Source: Candidatus Nomurabacteria bacterium
Lineage (GTDB): Bacteria; Patescibacteriota; Minisyncoccia; Phycocordibacterales; SBAW01
DNA: 64,000 bases
Reading direction: 5' to 3'
NCBI GenBank assembly: GCA_943356495.1
Contig: CALRFF010000001.1
Span: forward strand, 92,864 to 156,863
The notes beneath the pieces are model-generated. The model was not told where the DNA came from. It worked only from the letters and a program-made list of their open reading frames with translations, and searched no databases. Shown one piece after another: positions 20,713-30,332 of the stretch (within the stretch, counting starts at the first letter, position 1; the number at the start of each line of letters is the position of its first letter). The position numbers were made by a program, and so were the translations under genes.

Positions 20713-20865
20713 TTATCCTATCGGGTTTTCTCCGCGGATAAGCCGCACCAAGACCATAATAATCGCCACCACTAAAAGAAGGTGTATGAACCCGTTAATA
20801 GTCGCGCCGGTGACAAGCCCGAGGAGCCACAAAATAACAAGTACGGCTGCAATAGTTACTAACAT
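20713..20865 (-). CDS. Lmo0937-family small membrane protein (50 aa)
   Basis: MLVTIAAVLVILWLLGLVTGATINGFIHLLLVVAIIMVLVRLIRGENPIG. Two-helix peptide matching the lmo0937 small-protein family pattern. Not in the ORF track. Confidence 0.55.
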   Translation of the reverse strand: MLVTIAAVLVILWLLGLVTGATINGFIHLLLVVAIIMVLVRLIRGENPIG

Positions 20866-20950
20866 ATAAGTGTAAAAGCTACGTATAACTGTTAAGCACT
20901 CATTGTCGCCTTTTACTGCTGAGGTTTATATGAAGTAGCTCTGCACAGTT

Positions 20951-20992
20951 AAAAACGGCAACGGCCCCAGCTACCTGGGGCCGTTTTTTATT
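20951..20992. terminator. bidirectional rho-independent terminator
   Basis: AAAAACGGCAAC-GGCCCCAGCTACCTGGGGCC-GTTTTTTATT. The hairpin is flanked by A-run and T-run. Confidence 0.55.
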
Positions 20993-21012
20993 GCCGGCTG
21001 AGTATCAGCTTT

Positions 21013-22080
21013 CTAGAATTTACCGATTGAGTCGGCGTCTTTTTCTTTTTGTTTTTTCTCTTTTTCGGCCTTCTCATCCATGACCTTCGTATCCGCGTCT
21101 TTTTGCTCCTGCCCGTTGTGCTTCTTGTCGTCGTTGTATTCCATATATATCTTTAAGATAGTGATAGGGATAATGCTCGACCATAGCAAAGCGTAGCAGA
21201 GCTCGTATGAACCCAAGCTGAAGCGTACGTATCTAGGGGTTATAGGTAGTAGAGAGCGAGTTAGACGGCACATTGCCGTGCTCGGCCGAGCTATGCACCA
21301 TATCGGCGGGGATGATAAGAGTCACTGCCCCGGGCGCTACCGGCGTAACGGTAAAAGAGTAGTTTCTCCCGTCCATCGGCGCGATGGTCTGCACATTGGA
21401 AATAATGGCATTAGTAACGGACACATCCCCGCTGGAAAAGTCATCCACCGCGACCGTACTGTTAAGCGTTACGGTAAACGCGCCACTGACCGAGGTCGGC
21501 AACGGATCGGGCGCGAGCGCTAAGTGAGGCTGGAGCGAATCGTACTCTACGCTATGTTGGGCCGCGGTATTGCCCGCGCCGTCAATGTCATGCACTTCGT
21601 TTGCATCTATGCTGACCGTTACCACATCATTGTCGGTGGGTGTTACAAAAAAACTGTACACCGACTCACTAACCGCAAACAAGCCGCTGATAAACCCGCG
21701 CACCACCGACAAACTCGATTGGGTAAAGTCGATAACGCTGCGCGAAAAGGTAATAGTAAACGGTATAGGCGACTGAGCGGTCGGGCTCGAGGCGCTTGAA
21801 GTAAGCGTCGCTACAACGGTCGAGTGTATAAACGGCAAGAAAGAAAATCCGTCGAACGCAAACCCGCCCCCGCCCGGCGGGGCCGGACTTTCCAGCTCGG
21901 TGGTTACTTTGTACTCTTTGCCGTCGCTCCAATACTGGTACGACTAGGTGGGCGAAGAGTTGCAGTCCTGCGCGGGGTCGCGCGGCATTGTTTCGGTAAA
22001 GCGCGAGGCCCAGTTAAAGTCGGTACCGTCGGGTATCCAGTTTGCTCCGGTGTTTCCGCAGTCGCTCACCCAGTCGGTCG
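21013..22080 (-). pseudogene. degraded Ig-like (Big) domain surface protein gene: two in-frame TAG stops plus a frameshift
   Basis: ORF 21233..21838 encodes Ig-like beta-rich sequence. Protein-like sequence continues upstream in the same frame through TAGs at about 21945 and about 22082 (PTDWVSDCGNTGANW...SSPT*SYQYWSDGKEYKVTTELESPAPPGGGG). It continues downstream in a shifted frame (21013..21273, KE-rich tail). There is no signal peptide or SD at the annotated Met. Confidence 0.4.
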
Positions 22081-22806
22081 CTATGGGGTAGTAGCCTTAA
22101 GCGCCCCTTGGTGGTGGCTGCTCCACGCAAACAAAGCCGCCGCGGCGGCGGCGGCCACATTAAGCGACTCGGCGCGCGGGTGCATAGGCACCGCAAGCGA
22201 GGTGTCTACCAGCGGCCGCACTGCTGCAGGAAGCCCTGCCCCTTCATTGCCCAAGACAAAAACCGTGGGTGTAGGAAATGTCTCCCCCGCAAGCGCGGTA
22301 GAGGCGCCCTGTTCGAGCGCCGCGACAGTAAAGCCACGTTTGCGCAAATCGCTGAGCGTCTGTTGATAACCGCCGATCATAACGAGCGGGACCCGAAACG
22401 CCATACCGGCCGAAACTTTTAACACGGTGTCGCTGATAGGCGCCTGCCCAACCTCGGGCATCAACACACCGGCCGCGCCAAAGGCCGCCGCCGAGCGGAT
22501 AATCGTGCCCACATTGTGCGGATCTTCAATACCGGCAAGCAGCACGAGCAATGTATCGGGCGTAACCGCAAGCGAACTTACAAAGTCTTCGTAGTTGCGC
22601 ACCAACTTATGCAGCGATATCTGCGCCAAGGGGTTACCCCGCTCGTCGGTAAACACCTTAAGCACCGCCTGCGGTGCGTACTGCTGGGCCTGCGTTACGG
22701 CATGCTTGCCGTGTGCATATGTCTTCGTGCGCTTCATGAGGCCACTATAGCCCCCTTTACGCGGAAAAGAAAATGCCGCCCCTTGCGGAGCGGCATGTTC
22801 TTGCAA
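22081..22806 (-). CDS. TrmH/SpoU-family RNA 2'-O-methyltransferase
   Basis: SPOUT motifs (LAGIEDPHNVGTIIRSAAAFG ... VFVLGNEGAGL ... ESLNVAAAAA). Confidence 0.8.
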   Translation of the reverse strand: MQEHAAPQGAAFSFPRKGGYSGLMKRTKTYAHGKHAVTQAQQYAPQAVLKVFTDERGNPLAQISLHKLVRNYEDFVSSLAVTPDTLLVLLAGIEDPHNVGTIIRSAAAFGAAGVLMPEVGQAPISDTVLKVSAGMAFRVPLVMIGGYQQTLSDLRKRGFTVAALEQGASTALAGETFPTPTVFVLGNEGAGLPAAVRPLVDTSLAVPMHPRAESLNVAAAAAAALFAWSSHHQGALKATTP

Positions 22807-22817
22807 CGGAGCGACGC

Positions 22818-23015
22818 TTACGCGCGGCTAACGTTGACGGCGCTGAGCCCCTTCGGGCCTTCCTGAACTTCAAACGAGACGGTCTCGCCTTGTTTAAGCT
22901 CATCGAAAGTAACGCCATTGAGATCCTTTGAATGGAAGAAAAGGTCCTTCGCCTCGCCTTCGCGAGAGATGAAACCGAATCCGCGATCCGTCAGGGTCTT
23001 GATGGTACCTGTCAT
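22818..23015 (-). CDS. cspA: cold-shock protein (CspA family)
   Basis: 65 aa with RNP1/RNP2 (GTIKTLTDRGFGFI ... FFHSKDL). Confidence 0.9.
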   Translation of the reverse strand: MTGTIKTLTDRGFGFISREGEAKDLFFHSKDLNGVTFDELKQGETVSFEVQEGPKGLSAVNVSRA

Positions 23016-23083
23016 ATCTTTGATTGTTGTTTTTTGCTTTGGAGAAATCCGACCCGCTTTCTTTAGTCTCTTAAGACTCCCCT

Positions 23084-23112
23084 ATTATAGCACCTAAGCC
23101 CCGCGCTGTCCA
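23084..23112 (-). promoter_or_regulatory. sigma70-type promoter with extended -10 (TGGACA-N17-TGcTATAAT) and about 70-nt 5'UTR for cspA
   Basis: Minus strand reads TGGACAGCGCGGGGCTTAGGTGCTATAATAGG. A long 5' leader is typical of csp mRNAs. Confidence 0.5.
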
Positions 23113-24366
23113 CTACTGCCCTGTTTTACGTTGCCCTGCAACGGTTCCTGCCACATACCCGCTCGACCAGCACAACTGGAGCGAGTAACCGCCCGAGGGG
23201 CGTGATATATGCAACAAATCGCCGGTTATAAACAAATTATCTATCTTTTTTGAGCACATAGTTTTAAGGTCCATCTCGGTTAACAGCACGCCGCCGTCCG
23301 CTACGACCGCGCGGTCAAAACCCATCAACCCTTCAATGGTCAGCGGCAAGTGTTTGAGCGTACGCGCAAGTACTTTGCGCTCCTCGCGCGAGACCGAGTG
23401 TACTTTTTTATTTGCCGTCTCCACAGGTATCAGCAGCGACACACCACGGCTTGCGCCCTCAGGTACCAGCAGACGCAAGACATTTTTGAGCGTCTTATTT
23501 TTGTTGGCGTCAAAGACACTGAGTATCTGTTTTTCGAGCGCACCTTGGTCGAGCTTGGGGTACAGATCTACAGCGGCTGTTACTACACCACTATGCAGCA
23601 AGTCGGCCACTGCACCTGCACTATTTAGCACTGTGGGGCCCGAGATACCAAAATGGGTACACAAAATTTTTCCCTCTTTAGAAAACGCCTTCTTGCCATT
23701 GCTATAAAACGTCAACCGCACATTGGGGAGCGTAATACCTTTAAGTGTCTTTACCCACGGCTCGCTTACGCGCAGCGGTACAATGGTCGGGGTCGGTGGC
23801 ACTATGCTATGCCCAAGCGCCTTAAGCCACACAAAGCCATCGCCGGTCGAGCCTGTTTCTGGGTGAGAGACGCCACCGGTTGCGAGTATAAAATTTTTTG
23901 CAGTATACGTGTGCGTGCCGCACTCGACCCCCTCGATACAACCCCCTTGTGCAACAATACGTGTAACCGCCGCACCGGTTTTTATAGTAACGCCGCCTTT
24001 TTGCGCATAGGCGCGCAGCGTATCTACCACGGTTGCCGCGCGCATGGTGTTGGGGAAGGTGCGTTTGTTAGCCTCGACCACCAAGGGCAGGCCGCGGGAC
24101 TCAAAAAAACTAAACGTGTCCTCTACCCCAAACTGGGCAAACAACGAATACAAAAACGGCTCGGCCTTGCCGTAGGCTTTAAGCAGCAACCGCTCGTCTT
24201 TTTCGGCATTAGTAATATTGCAACGCCCGCCGCCCGAGATAGCAAGCTTGGCTCCTACTTTTTTATTTTTCTCCAACACCAGCACACGCGCGCCGAGCTC
24301 GGCCGCGCGACCGGCCGCTATAAGCCCTGCCGCGCCGCCTCCGATGACGATAACGTCGTAGGTCAT
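23113..24366 (-). CDS. HI0933/BaiN-family FAD-dependent flavoprotein
   Basis: Dinucleotide-binding VIVIGGGAAGLIAAGRAAELG and the family signature ISGGGRCNITN. Confidence 0.8.
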   Translation of the reverse strand: MTYDVIVIGGGAAGLIAAGRAAELGARVLVLEKNKKVGAKLAISGGGRCNITNAEKDERLLLKAYGKAEPFLYSLFAQFGVEDTFSFFESRGLPLVVEANKRTFPNTMRAATVVDTLRAYAQKGGVTIKTGAAVTRIVAQGGCIEGVECGTHTYTAKNFILATGGVSHPETGSTGDGFVWLKALGHSIVPPTPTIVPLRVSEPWVKTLKGITLPNVRLTFYSNGKKAFSKEGKILCTHFGISGPTVLNSAGAVADLLHSGVVTAAVDLYPKLDQGALEKQILSVFDANKNKTLKNVLRLLVPEGASRGVSLLIPVETANKKVHSVSREERKVLARTLKHLPLTIEGLMGFDRAVVADGGVLLTEMDLKTMCSKKIDNLFITGDLLHISRPSGGYSLQLCWSSGYVAGTVAGQRKTGQ

Positions 24367-24368
24367 AG

Positions 24369-25826
24369 TTACTTTCCCAAATCGAGCACTTCGTCGATGC
24401 GGATTTTTTCTACAAAGTCGGGCACGTGCGAGACCAGTATCATCGGCCCTTCAAAGTTGCTTAACGCCTCGGCAATAACCGGCAAGTGGCGAAAGTTAAT
24501 ATGGTTCGTCGGTTCGTCGAGTATCAGGAGCCCCGGTTTAAGTAGCACCAAACGGGCAAAGGCTACCAAGCCTTTTTGGCCTTCGGAAAGCGTCCCGATT
24601 TTAGAATGGAAGATTTCCCCACTCAGTAAAAATCCTGACGCGACTTTGCGGACATCCTCCTCTATCGGGCGGTACACCACCGCCGCAAGTTCTTGGTACA
24701 CCGTCTTATTAAAGTCGAGGTTTGAGAAGTCCTGCCGATAGTAGCCGATGCGAACGCCGTCGCTGAGAGTGGCGCCTTTGGCCGTGCCCTCGGCAAGCGA
24801 TTGCAGGAGCGTTGTCTTGCCGATGCCGTTGGGGCCCGCAAGAAGCAGGTGGTCGCCTTTGCGCAGGGACACCTTTACTTTGCGCTGCACGGCCTTATGC
24901 TTTTGTACCACCGCAAGCGACGTGATATTTAAAATTTCCCCCACCAAGCCGTCTTGGAATGGGATACGGAATGAACGTATCGCTTTGTCCTCTTTGCGGA
25001 CGTCTACCTTTTCTTCCTCAAGTTCGGCGGCCTTTTCGCGCATGCGCTTGGCAACCATGCGCATTTGGCCGCCCTTGTTGGCAAAAAAGTTCGCCTTGTC
25101 TTTGTTTTCCTGTATCTCTTTGGCAAGCAGGGCATTTTTGCGGTTTTCCTTTTCTATACGGGCGGAAATTTCCGCCACTACGTCAAAGTAGTTGCCCACA
25201 TACTGCTCGACCTTATGCGTATGTACATCAAGGTACAAGACGCCCTGCGTAAACGCATTTAAAAACTCGGCGTCGTGGGAAATGACGATAAGCGTCTTTT
25301 TGTACTCGACCAAAAACTTGGTTAGATGCGCAATACCCTCTTTGTCGAGGTTGTTGGTCGGCTCGTCGAGTAACAGAAGATCCGGGTCTTGTATAAGCGC
25401 CTGCGCCAAAAGCAGCCGCGCCTGCTGCCCGCCGGAAAAAGTCCCTATAGTACGGTCATGCGGCGCCGCCAAGTTAACCACCTCGAGTACTGCATCTATC
25501 TTGGGGTCGATATTGTATACCTTTTTGGTAAACGCTTTTTCAAAAAACTCACGCACCGTAAGCGTCATATCCTCGCGCGGTATAACCTGTCGCGCGGTCG
25601 CTACACTAAGGCCATGCGCCATAATTATTTTGCCGTCCTCGGGGTGGTAGGTACCGGTCATGAGACCAAAAATAGTGCTCTTCCCCGCGCCATTTTGGCC
25701 CATAAAGGTTATCTTGGTGCCGCGGCGCACCGAAAAATCCACCTCATGGAGGATCGGTTTTTTGACTCCGAAGTCAAAAGAGACACGTTCAAAACGCACT
25801 ATTACTTCGCCTCGCTGCATCAACAC
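24369..25826 (-). CDS. ABC-F family ATPase (tandem ABC domains, no TMD)
   Basis: Two Walker A/signature sets (GQNGAGKSTIFG ... LSGGQQARLLLAQAL ... GPNGIGKTTLL ... LSEGQKGLVAFARL). 485 aa, soluble. Confidence 0.85.
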   Translation of the reverse strand: MLMQRGEVIVRFERVSFDFGVKKPILHEVDFSVRRGTKITFMGQNGAGKSTIFGLMTGTYHPEDGKIIMAHGLSVATARQVIPREDMTLTVREFFEKAFTKKVYNIDPKIDAVLEVVNLAAPHDRTIGTFSGGQQARLLLAQALIQDPDLLLLDEPTNNLDKEGIAHLTKFLVEYKKTLIVISHDAEFLNAFTQGVLYLDVHTHKVEQYVGNYFDVVAEISARIEKENRKNALLAKEIQENKDKANFFANKGGQMRMVAKRMREKAAELEEEKVDVRKEDKAIRSFRIPFQDGLVGEILNITSLAVVQKHKAVQRKVKVSLRKGDHLLLAGPNGIGKTTLLQSLAEGTAKGATLSDGVRIGYYRQDFSNLDFNKTVYQELAAVVYRPIEEDVRKVASGFLLSGEIFHSKIGTLSEGQKGLVAFARLVLLKPGLLILDEPTNHINFRHLPVIAEALSNFEGPMILVSHVPDFVEKIRIDEVLDLGK

Positions 25827-25872
25827 ACCTTAGCACGCTCTTTACATTGTTGCGAATTTGTTTCTTTGCCGT

Positions 25873-26316
25873 TTACGCGTGATGGTACTTACCCCCGTCG
25901 ATAATAGTACCCGCGCGATACAACTGCTCGATAAGTAACAAGCGCGCCAGCATATGCGGAAATACTAAAGAAGAAAGTTTGAGCGTCGCGTTGGCGCGCG
26001 CCGCCACGTGTTTGCTTACGCCAAACGCGCCGCCTATAACAAATACCAGCCGCTTAGTAGCCGCCTGTAGTTGCTTGTCGAGCAATGCGGCAACACCGGG
26101 TGTGTCTATGTCTTTGCCGCGTTCGTCGAGCAAAACGACAAAATCACTCTCTTTTATTTGTTTTAGAACCGCCGCGCCCTCCGCCTCTTTGTCCGCCGCA
26201 GACGGAAACACCCATGCAAGCGAAAACTTTTTGCTCAGGCGCTTTTGATACTCGGCAACGCCCTCCGCTACAGTAGCGTCGTGCGCCTTGCCCGGCGAGA
26301 TGATTAAAATTTTCAT
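25873..26316 (-). CDS. rlmH: 23S rRNA (pseudouridine1915-N3)-methyltransferase
   Basis: 147-aa SPOUT protein with the RlmH pattern (VVLLDERGKDIDTPGVAALL ... LVFVIGGAFGVS ... LKLSSLVFPHMLAR). Confidence 0.85.
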   Translation of the reverse strand: MKILIISPGKAHDATVAEGVAEYQKRLSKKFSLAWVFPSAADKEAEGAAVLKQIKESDFVVLLDERGKDIDTPGVAALLDKQLQAATKRLVFVIGGAFGVSKHVAARANATLKLSSLVFPHMLARLLLIEQLYRAGTIIDGGKYHHA

Positions 26317-26552
26317 CTGCTTATTAAACTAAGTTTTTGCCTCCGCGACAAACGTTTGATAGCCGCCTCCCGCTTTGACGCAGAGGAACGGTCGGGGTGC
26401 TTTTCGGTGTACCTAATGTTCCTTGCACCACGGGCGCGGGTATAGTGGCCACCCGCACCCGCTTTATGCTCGGCAAGCCGGCGGCGAATGTCGGTAGTAA
26501 TCCCTGTGTACAACGACTTGTCGCCGCACTCTAATACGTACACAAAATACAT
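26313..26552 (-). CDS. GIY-YIG nuclease superfamily protein (YhbQ-like)
   Basis: MYFVYVLECGDKSLYTGITTDIRRRLAEHK. ORF-track start trimmed to this Met. Confidence 0.7.
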   Translation of the reverse strand: MYFVYVLECGDKSLYTGITTDIRRRLAEHKAGAGGHYTRARGARNIRYTEKHPDRSSASKREAAIKRLSRRQKLSLISR

Positions 26553-26553
26553 T

Positions 26554-26967
26554 CTAGACGTAGATATAGAAAAGTATCGGCAATACCCAAAAAGACCAAT
26601 CGATAACACCCTTTTTAAGGTGCTGGCCGTATCGCTTGGGGTGCAAGTAAAACTCTTGGAAGGTTAGTGCCACAATAGCGGTGTAGAGTAAAAAGTACAG
26701 CGCGACTTCACTCCCGAAAAAGTTTTTTGCCAAAAAGGTTGCAAGCACAATAAAGATAATTGACCCCGCAAAGTGGAAGGTCTGCCGGTACAAGGTAAGC
26801 TTGTATCCCATCCGCCCGGCACCGTTCTTTTTTAAGGCACGCGCAACGGCCTTTTGGTACGAACGCATGCCCCTAATGCGTCGGCCGTTAATTTCGTTGG
26901 CAAACGGATAAAAATGGTCGGGCAAGGTTACAAACAGCCAATATATGTTGCCTATCAAATGGCTCAT
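26554..26967 (-). CDS. hypothetical integral membrane protein (start uncertain)
   Basis: Four hydrophobic helices. The long ORF 26554..27141 overlaps the upstream gene and its terminator, so an internal start (MSHLIGNIYW) was chosen. Confidence 0.35.
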   Translation of the reverse strand: MSHLIGNIYWLFVTLPDHFYPFANEINGRRIRGMRSYQKAVARALKKNGAGRMGYKLTLYRQTFHFAGSIIFIVLATFLAKNFFGSEVALYFLLYTAIVALTFQEFYLHPKRYGQHLKKGVIDWSFWVLPILFYIYV

Positions 26968-27052
26968 CTCTATAAGTATAGCTTGGTAAAATATCCCCTT
27001 ATTGGCTGTTTGGCACGAAGTTGGAACCATTACAGCAAAAGAAAAAGGCCGC

Positions 27053-27412
27053 CTAACTGGCGGCCTCAACCCAACGCGGTTGGATAGTGGTCCTACCGAC
27101 CATCTTTTCCATTTGCTTGTATCCTTCGCGGGAGAACGCATTGATACGCCGGCCTTTAAGGAGTACCTCCGCCGTCAGCTGGCCGCGCGCCTCGTGCTCC
27201 ATCATGTCGTGCAAGCTCAAGTGATGCACGTCCATAGGCTCACCCACCGGCTCTCCTTCATCTTTCACCATACGGAAAGGCATGGGCTCGTTTTTCCATC
27301 GGCGACGGCGGTATTCGACCCAAAGCACAAAGCGCATAAGACGACTCTTTTTGTACCCTTGTGCAAAGGTATCAATTTCCTCGGACAGTTGTTCAAAGTA
27401 GCCCATTGCCAC
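27053..27412 (-). CDS. hypothetical protein (119 aa)
   Basis: Strong SD GGGGAGG 5 nt upstream. Terminator hairpin GGCCGCCAGTTAGGCGGCC + U-run at its 3' end. No family recognised. Confidence 0.5.
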   Translation of the reverse strand: MAMGYFEQLSEEIDTFAQGYKKSRLMRFVLWVEYRRRRWKNEPMPFRMVKDEGEPVGEPMDVHHLSLHDMMEHEARGQLTAEVLLKGRRINAFSREGYKQMEKMVGRTTIQPRWVEAAS

Positions 27413-27469
27413 CTCCCCTTAGTCAATTACAACTAAGACGAGACTACAGTAAAGTAACCAAAAAGTCAC

Positions 27470-27543
27470 TGGCTGGGGGACTAGGAATCGAACCTAGATT
27501 CACGGCTTCAAAGGCCGCTGTCCTACCGTTAGACGATCCCCCA
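27470..27543 (-). tRNA. tRNA-Gln (anticodon TTG)
   Basis: U1-A72 acceptor TGGGGGA/TCCCCCA, anticodon loop CTTTGAA, T-arm CTAGG-TTCGATT-CCTAG, encoded CCA. Confidence 0.85.
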
Positions 27544-27611
27544 ATGTATCTACAATACCGCTTGATAGTAGCGCAATTTGTTGCATAAAAAAAGCGCTCC
27601 CGGAGGAGCGC

Positions 27612-28148
27612 TTAGACGAAGTGGCAGACCGGAGAGTTGGTGTCCGCAAGCAGGTCGTTGTTCTGGAAGAGGAACAACCGCACCCCTTTTGCCCTGCCTG
27701 TTGCCATACAAAGCTCATACAACTCCTCGCCCTGCACCTTGCGGTAGGAGTAGTCTGGGCATTCGACCGCAATAGTGCCGCCGGTGTTGATGACTTTGTC
27801 GACACGCTCGGCTGCAATGGCAAGTGCCTCCGTCCTCAGCTCGTCCATCTCGACAGCAAGCTTTTTGCTTTTTCTGTCGAGGAACCACCGGCGGATGGGG
27901 CCGACGACAGCATACGCCTCCCGCACCTCCTCGTGCTCCCGCCACAGGGCGGCGGCGCGCAACATAAAGTCGGTGACAAACCCGTGTTCGTCATAAAATC
28001 TGACGCAGGTTTTGATAGGCAAGCCGTCAGCCCGCTGCTCGTGGCACTCGACCAGCATGGTGTTAAGCAACCCGCTCATCGACACACGAAAGAACTCTGC
28101 CTGCACCACGTTGGGCCCACGCAGGGTAACTCGCGGTATGTGTAGCAT
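27612..28148 (-). CDS. hypothetical protein (178 aa), high-GC
   Basis: ORF only. No motif recognised. GC visibly higher than the neighbours. Confidence 0.35.
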   Translation of the reverse strand: MLHIPRVTLRGPNVVQAEFFRVSMSGLLNTMLVECHEQRADGLPIKTCVRFYDEHGFVTDFMLRAAALWREHEEVREAYAVVGPIRRWFLDRKSKKLAVEMDELRTEALAIAAERVDKVINTGGTIAVECPDYSYRKVQGEELYELCMATGRAKGVRLFLFQNNDLLADTNSPVCHFV

Positions 28149-28183
28149 TTTTGCCTCCCCTTATTGCTGCGTCTAGCAAAAAC

Positions 28184-29236
28184 TTATCCCAACACGCGGT
28201 ACAGCGCAAGCTCCAGCGGCAGTTGCGGTAAGGGCGCCCGAGGAGTTTCGATGAGTGCGGTTATAAGTTCAGCCAAGAGCGCGGCGTTTATATGCACGCC
28301 GTCTTTACCGGAAAGCTCTTTTAGTACCGCCAAGTCGTCCGGGCTAAACTGCTCCGACAACTCTTTTTCCATCTTGGGGGCAAAGCGTAGCAGCAACACT
28401 CCGCGTATTTTGGTAACGGCAAGCAACACAAACACCCGCGGGTCGGCACCGCCCGCCAACGCTTTGTGGAACTGCTCTAACCCCGCCGCAATATCTTTGC
28501 GGGCAAGCCCGCGCAAAAACTCGTTGACCGTACCCGCTGCGGGGGCGCCGACCACCTTGGCCACCTCCTCCTCGGTAAGTTTACCGTCGCTCGACACCGT
28601 AAGCACTTTTTGCAAAATCCCAAGCGTATCACGAAACGAGCCGTCCCCCATCAGCGCAATAAGCTCCGCGCCTGCGGGCGCCAAACTGGCACCCTCTTTT
28701 TTAGCCAAATCGAGCACGTGTTTTTTTAATATCTCGTGCGACGGCTTTTTAAAACTAAATACCTGACAGCGCGAGATAATAGTTTCGGGCACGCGGTCCA
28801 GCTCGGTCGTGGCCAAGACAAATATAGCGTGCGAGGGCGGCTCTTCAAGTGTTTTTAAAAACGCGCCCCATGCATCTTTAGTAAGCGCGTGCGCTTCGTC
28901 GATGATGTAAAACTTGTACTGCGAGCTAAACGGCAGTGTACTTACTCCGTCGCGCAAAGCGCGGATTTCCTCGATGCCGCGGTTGCTGGCGGCGTCCATC
29001 TCGTAGATGTCCTCCTCGGCCGTGCCGAGCGCGCGGGCCAAAATACGGGCCATCGAGGTCTTGCCCGTGCCGCGCGAGCCGGCAAACAAGTAGGCGTGGC
29101 TGATTTTATTTTGTTTGACCGCCGCCTCAAGCACCGAGACTATCATCTCTTGCCCCCGCACATCGGCAAAGGTCTTGGGCCGGTAGGTGCGGTACAGCGC
29201 CATCGACGTCCGCTCCTCTGTGCCCTTCTTAGCCAT
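28184..29236 (-). CDS. dnaX: DNA polymerase III subunit gamma/tau, short form
   Basis: AAA+ clamp-loader motifs (ISHAYLFAGSRGTGKTSMARILARAL ... IIDEAHALT ... SRCQVF). Start set at MAKKG with SD GAGGG. Confidence 0.85.
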   Translation of the reverse strand: MAKKGTEERTSMALYRTYRPKTFADVRGQEMIVSVLEAAVKQNKISHAYLFAGSRGTGKTSMARILARALGTAEEDIYEMDAASNRGIEEIRALRDGVSTLPFSSQYKFYIIDEAHALTKDAWGAFLKTLEEPPSHAIFVLATTELDRVPETIISRCQVFSFKKPSHEILKKHVLDLAKKEGASLAPAGAELIALMGDGSFRDTLGILQKVLTVSSDGKLTEEEVAKVVGAPAAGTVNEFLRGLARKDIAAGLEQFHKALAGGADPRVFVLLAVTKIRGVLLLRFAPKMEKELSEQFSPDDLAVLKELSGKDGVHINAALLAELITALIETPRAPLPQLPLELALYRVLG

Positions 29237-29251
29237 GCCCTCAGTATACCT

Positions 29252-29284
29252 AAAAAGAAAAAAGCCGGCGGGTAACCGCCGGCT
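29252..29284 (-). terminator. rho-independent terminator after the 349-aa gene
   Basis: GCCGGCGGGTAACCGCCGGC hairpin followed on the minus strand by TTTTTTCTTTTT. Confidence 0.55.
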
Positions 29285-30332
29285 ATCTAAGATTTCGAAC
29301 AAGAGCGAGGATAGAGTCCCGAATACCCTTGGTCTGTCTGCGAAAGTGCTGCAACAGCTCTTCTTCCTCCGCAGGCAACGGCGCTTCTGCTGGAACCGGC
29401 TCCGGCTCTTCAAAAGCCCCTTCCGCCTTCAACTCGATGTACCGCTGCATAATACTGCGGAGCGCGCCAAGACGGTCGAACGGCTGTAGTGGTTTGTCTT
29501 TGGGGAGTCCCCACCACCGGCAGGCCATGTTCATATAGTTAACGACCCCTTGCAGTCTCATGGTGAGGTCATCTGCCGCCGTCTCGATACTTTTAGTTAC
29601 GAGACAAAGGCAGACCTCGAGCTCGCGTGGAGAAAAGTCCGGCACCATCCGAGCCATTTCGTCGATCTGCTCGGCAGTGAGCGTGGCCGGGACATAGGGC
29701 GGCTTTTCAGGCAGCACAGCAGCCGCAGGTTCTGCCGGCTCCTCGGGTCTGTCGACCAGTTGAGCCAACGCCGAGTCCGGAGGTACTGATATTATCGTCA
29801 CAGGATCTTCGACCACCGGAGCAGGCGGCTCCAGCGGCTTTGGCTTGGGCGGCGGCTCGAACGGTTTGTTCGGACGCAGGATAACCGGAGGCGATGCTTT
29901 AGCGATCTCCGGTTCAAGTGTCCGTGCAAACACCGGTCGTGCCTTGGCAACAAGAAGATCGGACTCAACAGTAACCCGACCGACCGGCGGCCGCTGAAAC
30001 GACGGCCTGCTAGACGGAGGGACGTACTTCTTGGCCGGTGCGCGAGCTTCTAAATGCTCTTTGCAACGGTGCATGAGCACGTCTTCCGGCGCCACTGTCG
30101 AGGCGTTGACACCTCGCCCATCTTCCAGACATGCGATACATCTGCGGTGCATCGAGTTGCACGGGAGGATATTACGTCCGTCCTTGGTGCCGCAACAGTT
30201 GCGCAAGTTCTGCTGGTAGTTGGTGGTAATCTGCTTGCACTCCTCCGGCGAGGCGCCCTTGAGCCTGACGGGGCAAAAGTGCGGAAACATGGTCGGGGTT
30301 TTACCCCCCTTCCATACGAACTCTACCGTCAT
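29283..30332 (-). CDS. hypothetical protein with N-terminal Cys-rich (zinc-ribbon-like) region, Pro-rich linker and C-terminal helical domain
   Basis: FPHFCPVRLKG...CKQ...NCCGTKDGRNILPCNSMHRRCIACLEDG. Then KPFEPPPKPKPLEPPAPVVEDP linker. High-GC. Start may be the internal MFPHF (SD AAGGGGG). Confidence 0.45.
   Translation of the reverse strand: MTVEFVWKGGKTPTMFPHFCPVRLKGASPEECKQITTNYQQNLRNCCGTKDGRNILPCNSMHRRCIACLEDGRGVNASTVAPEDVLMHRCKEHLEARAPAKKYVPPSSRPSFQRPPVGRVTVESDLLVAKARPVFARTLEPEIAKASPPVILRPNKPFEPPPKPKPLEPPAPVVEDPVTIISVPPDSALAQLVDRPEEPAEPAAAVLPEKPPYVPATLTAEQIDEMARMVPDFSPRELEVCLCLVTKSIETAADDLTMRLQGVVNYMNMACRWWGLPKDKPLQPFDRLGALRSIMQRYIELKAEGAFEEPEPVPAEAPLPAEEEELLQHFRRQTKGIRDSILALVRNLR

Noticed and set aside
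21944-22084. TAG reassigned as a sense codon (to explain in-frame TAGs in the Ig-like region)
   Set aside because: uvrB and trmH both terminate at TAG at their expected family lengths. Pseudogenisation is the simpler explanation.
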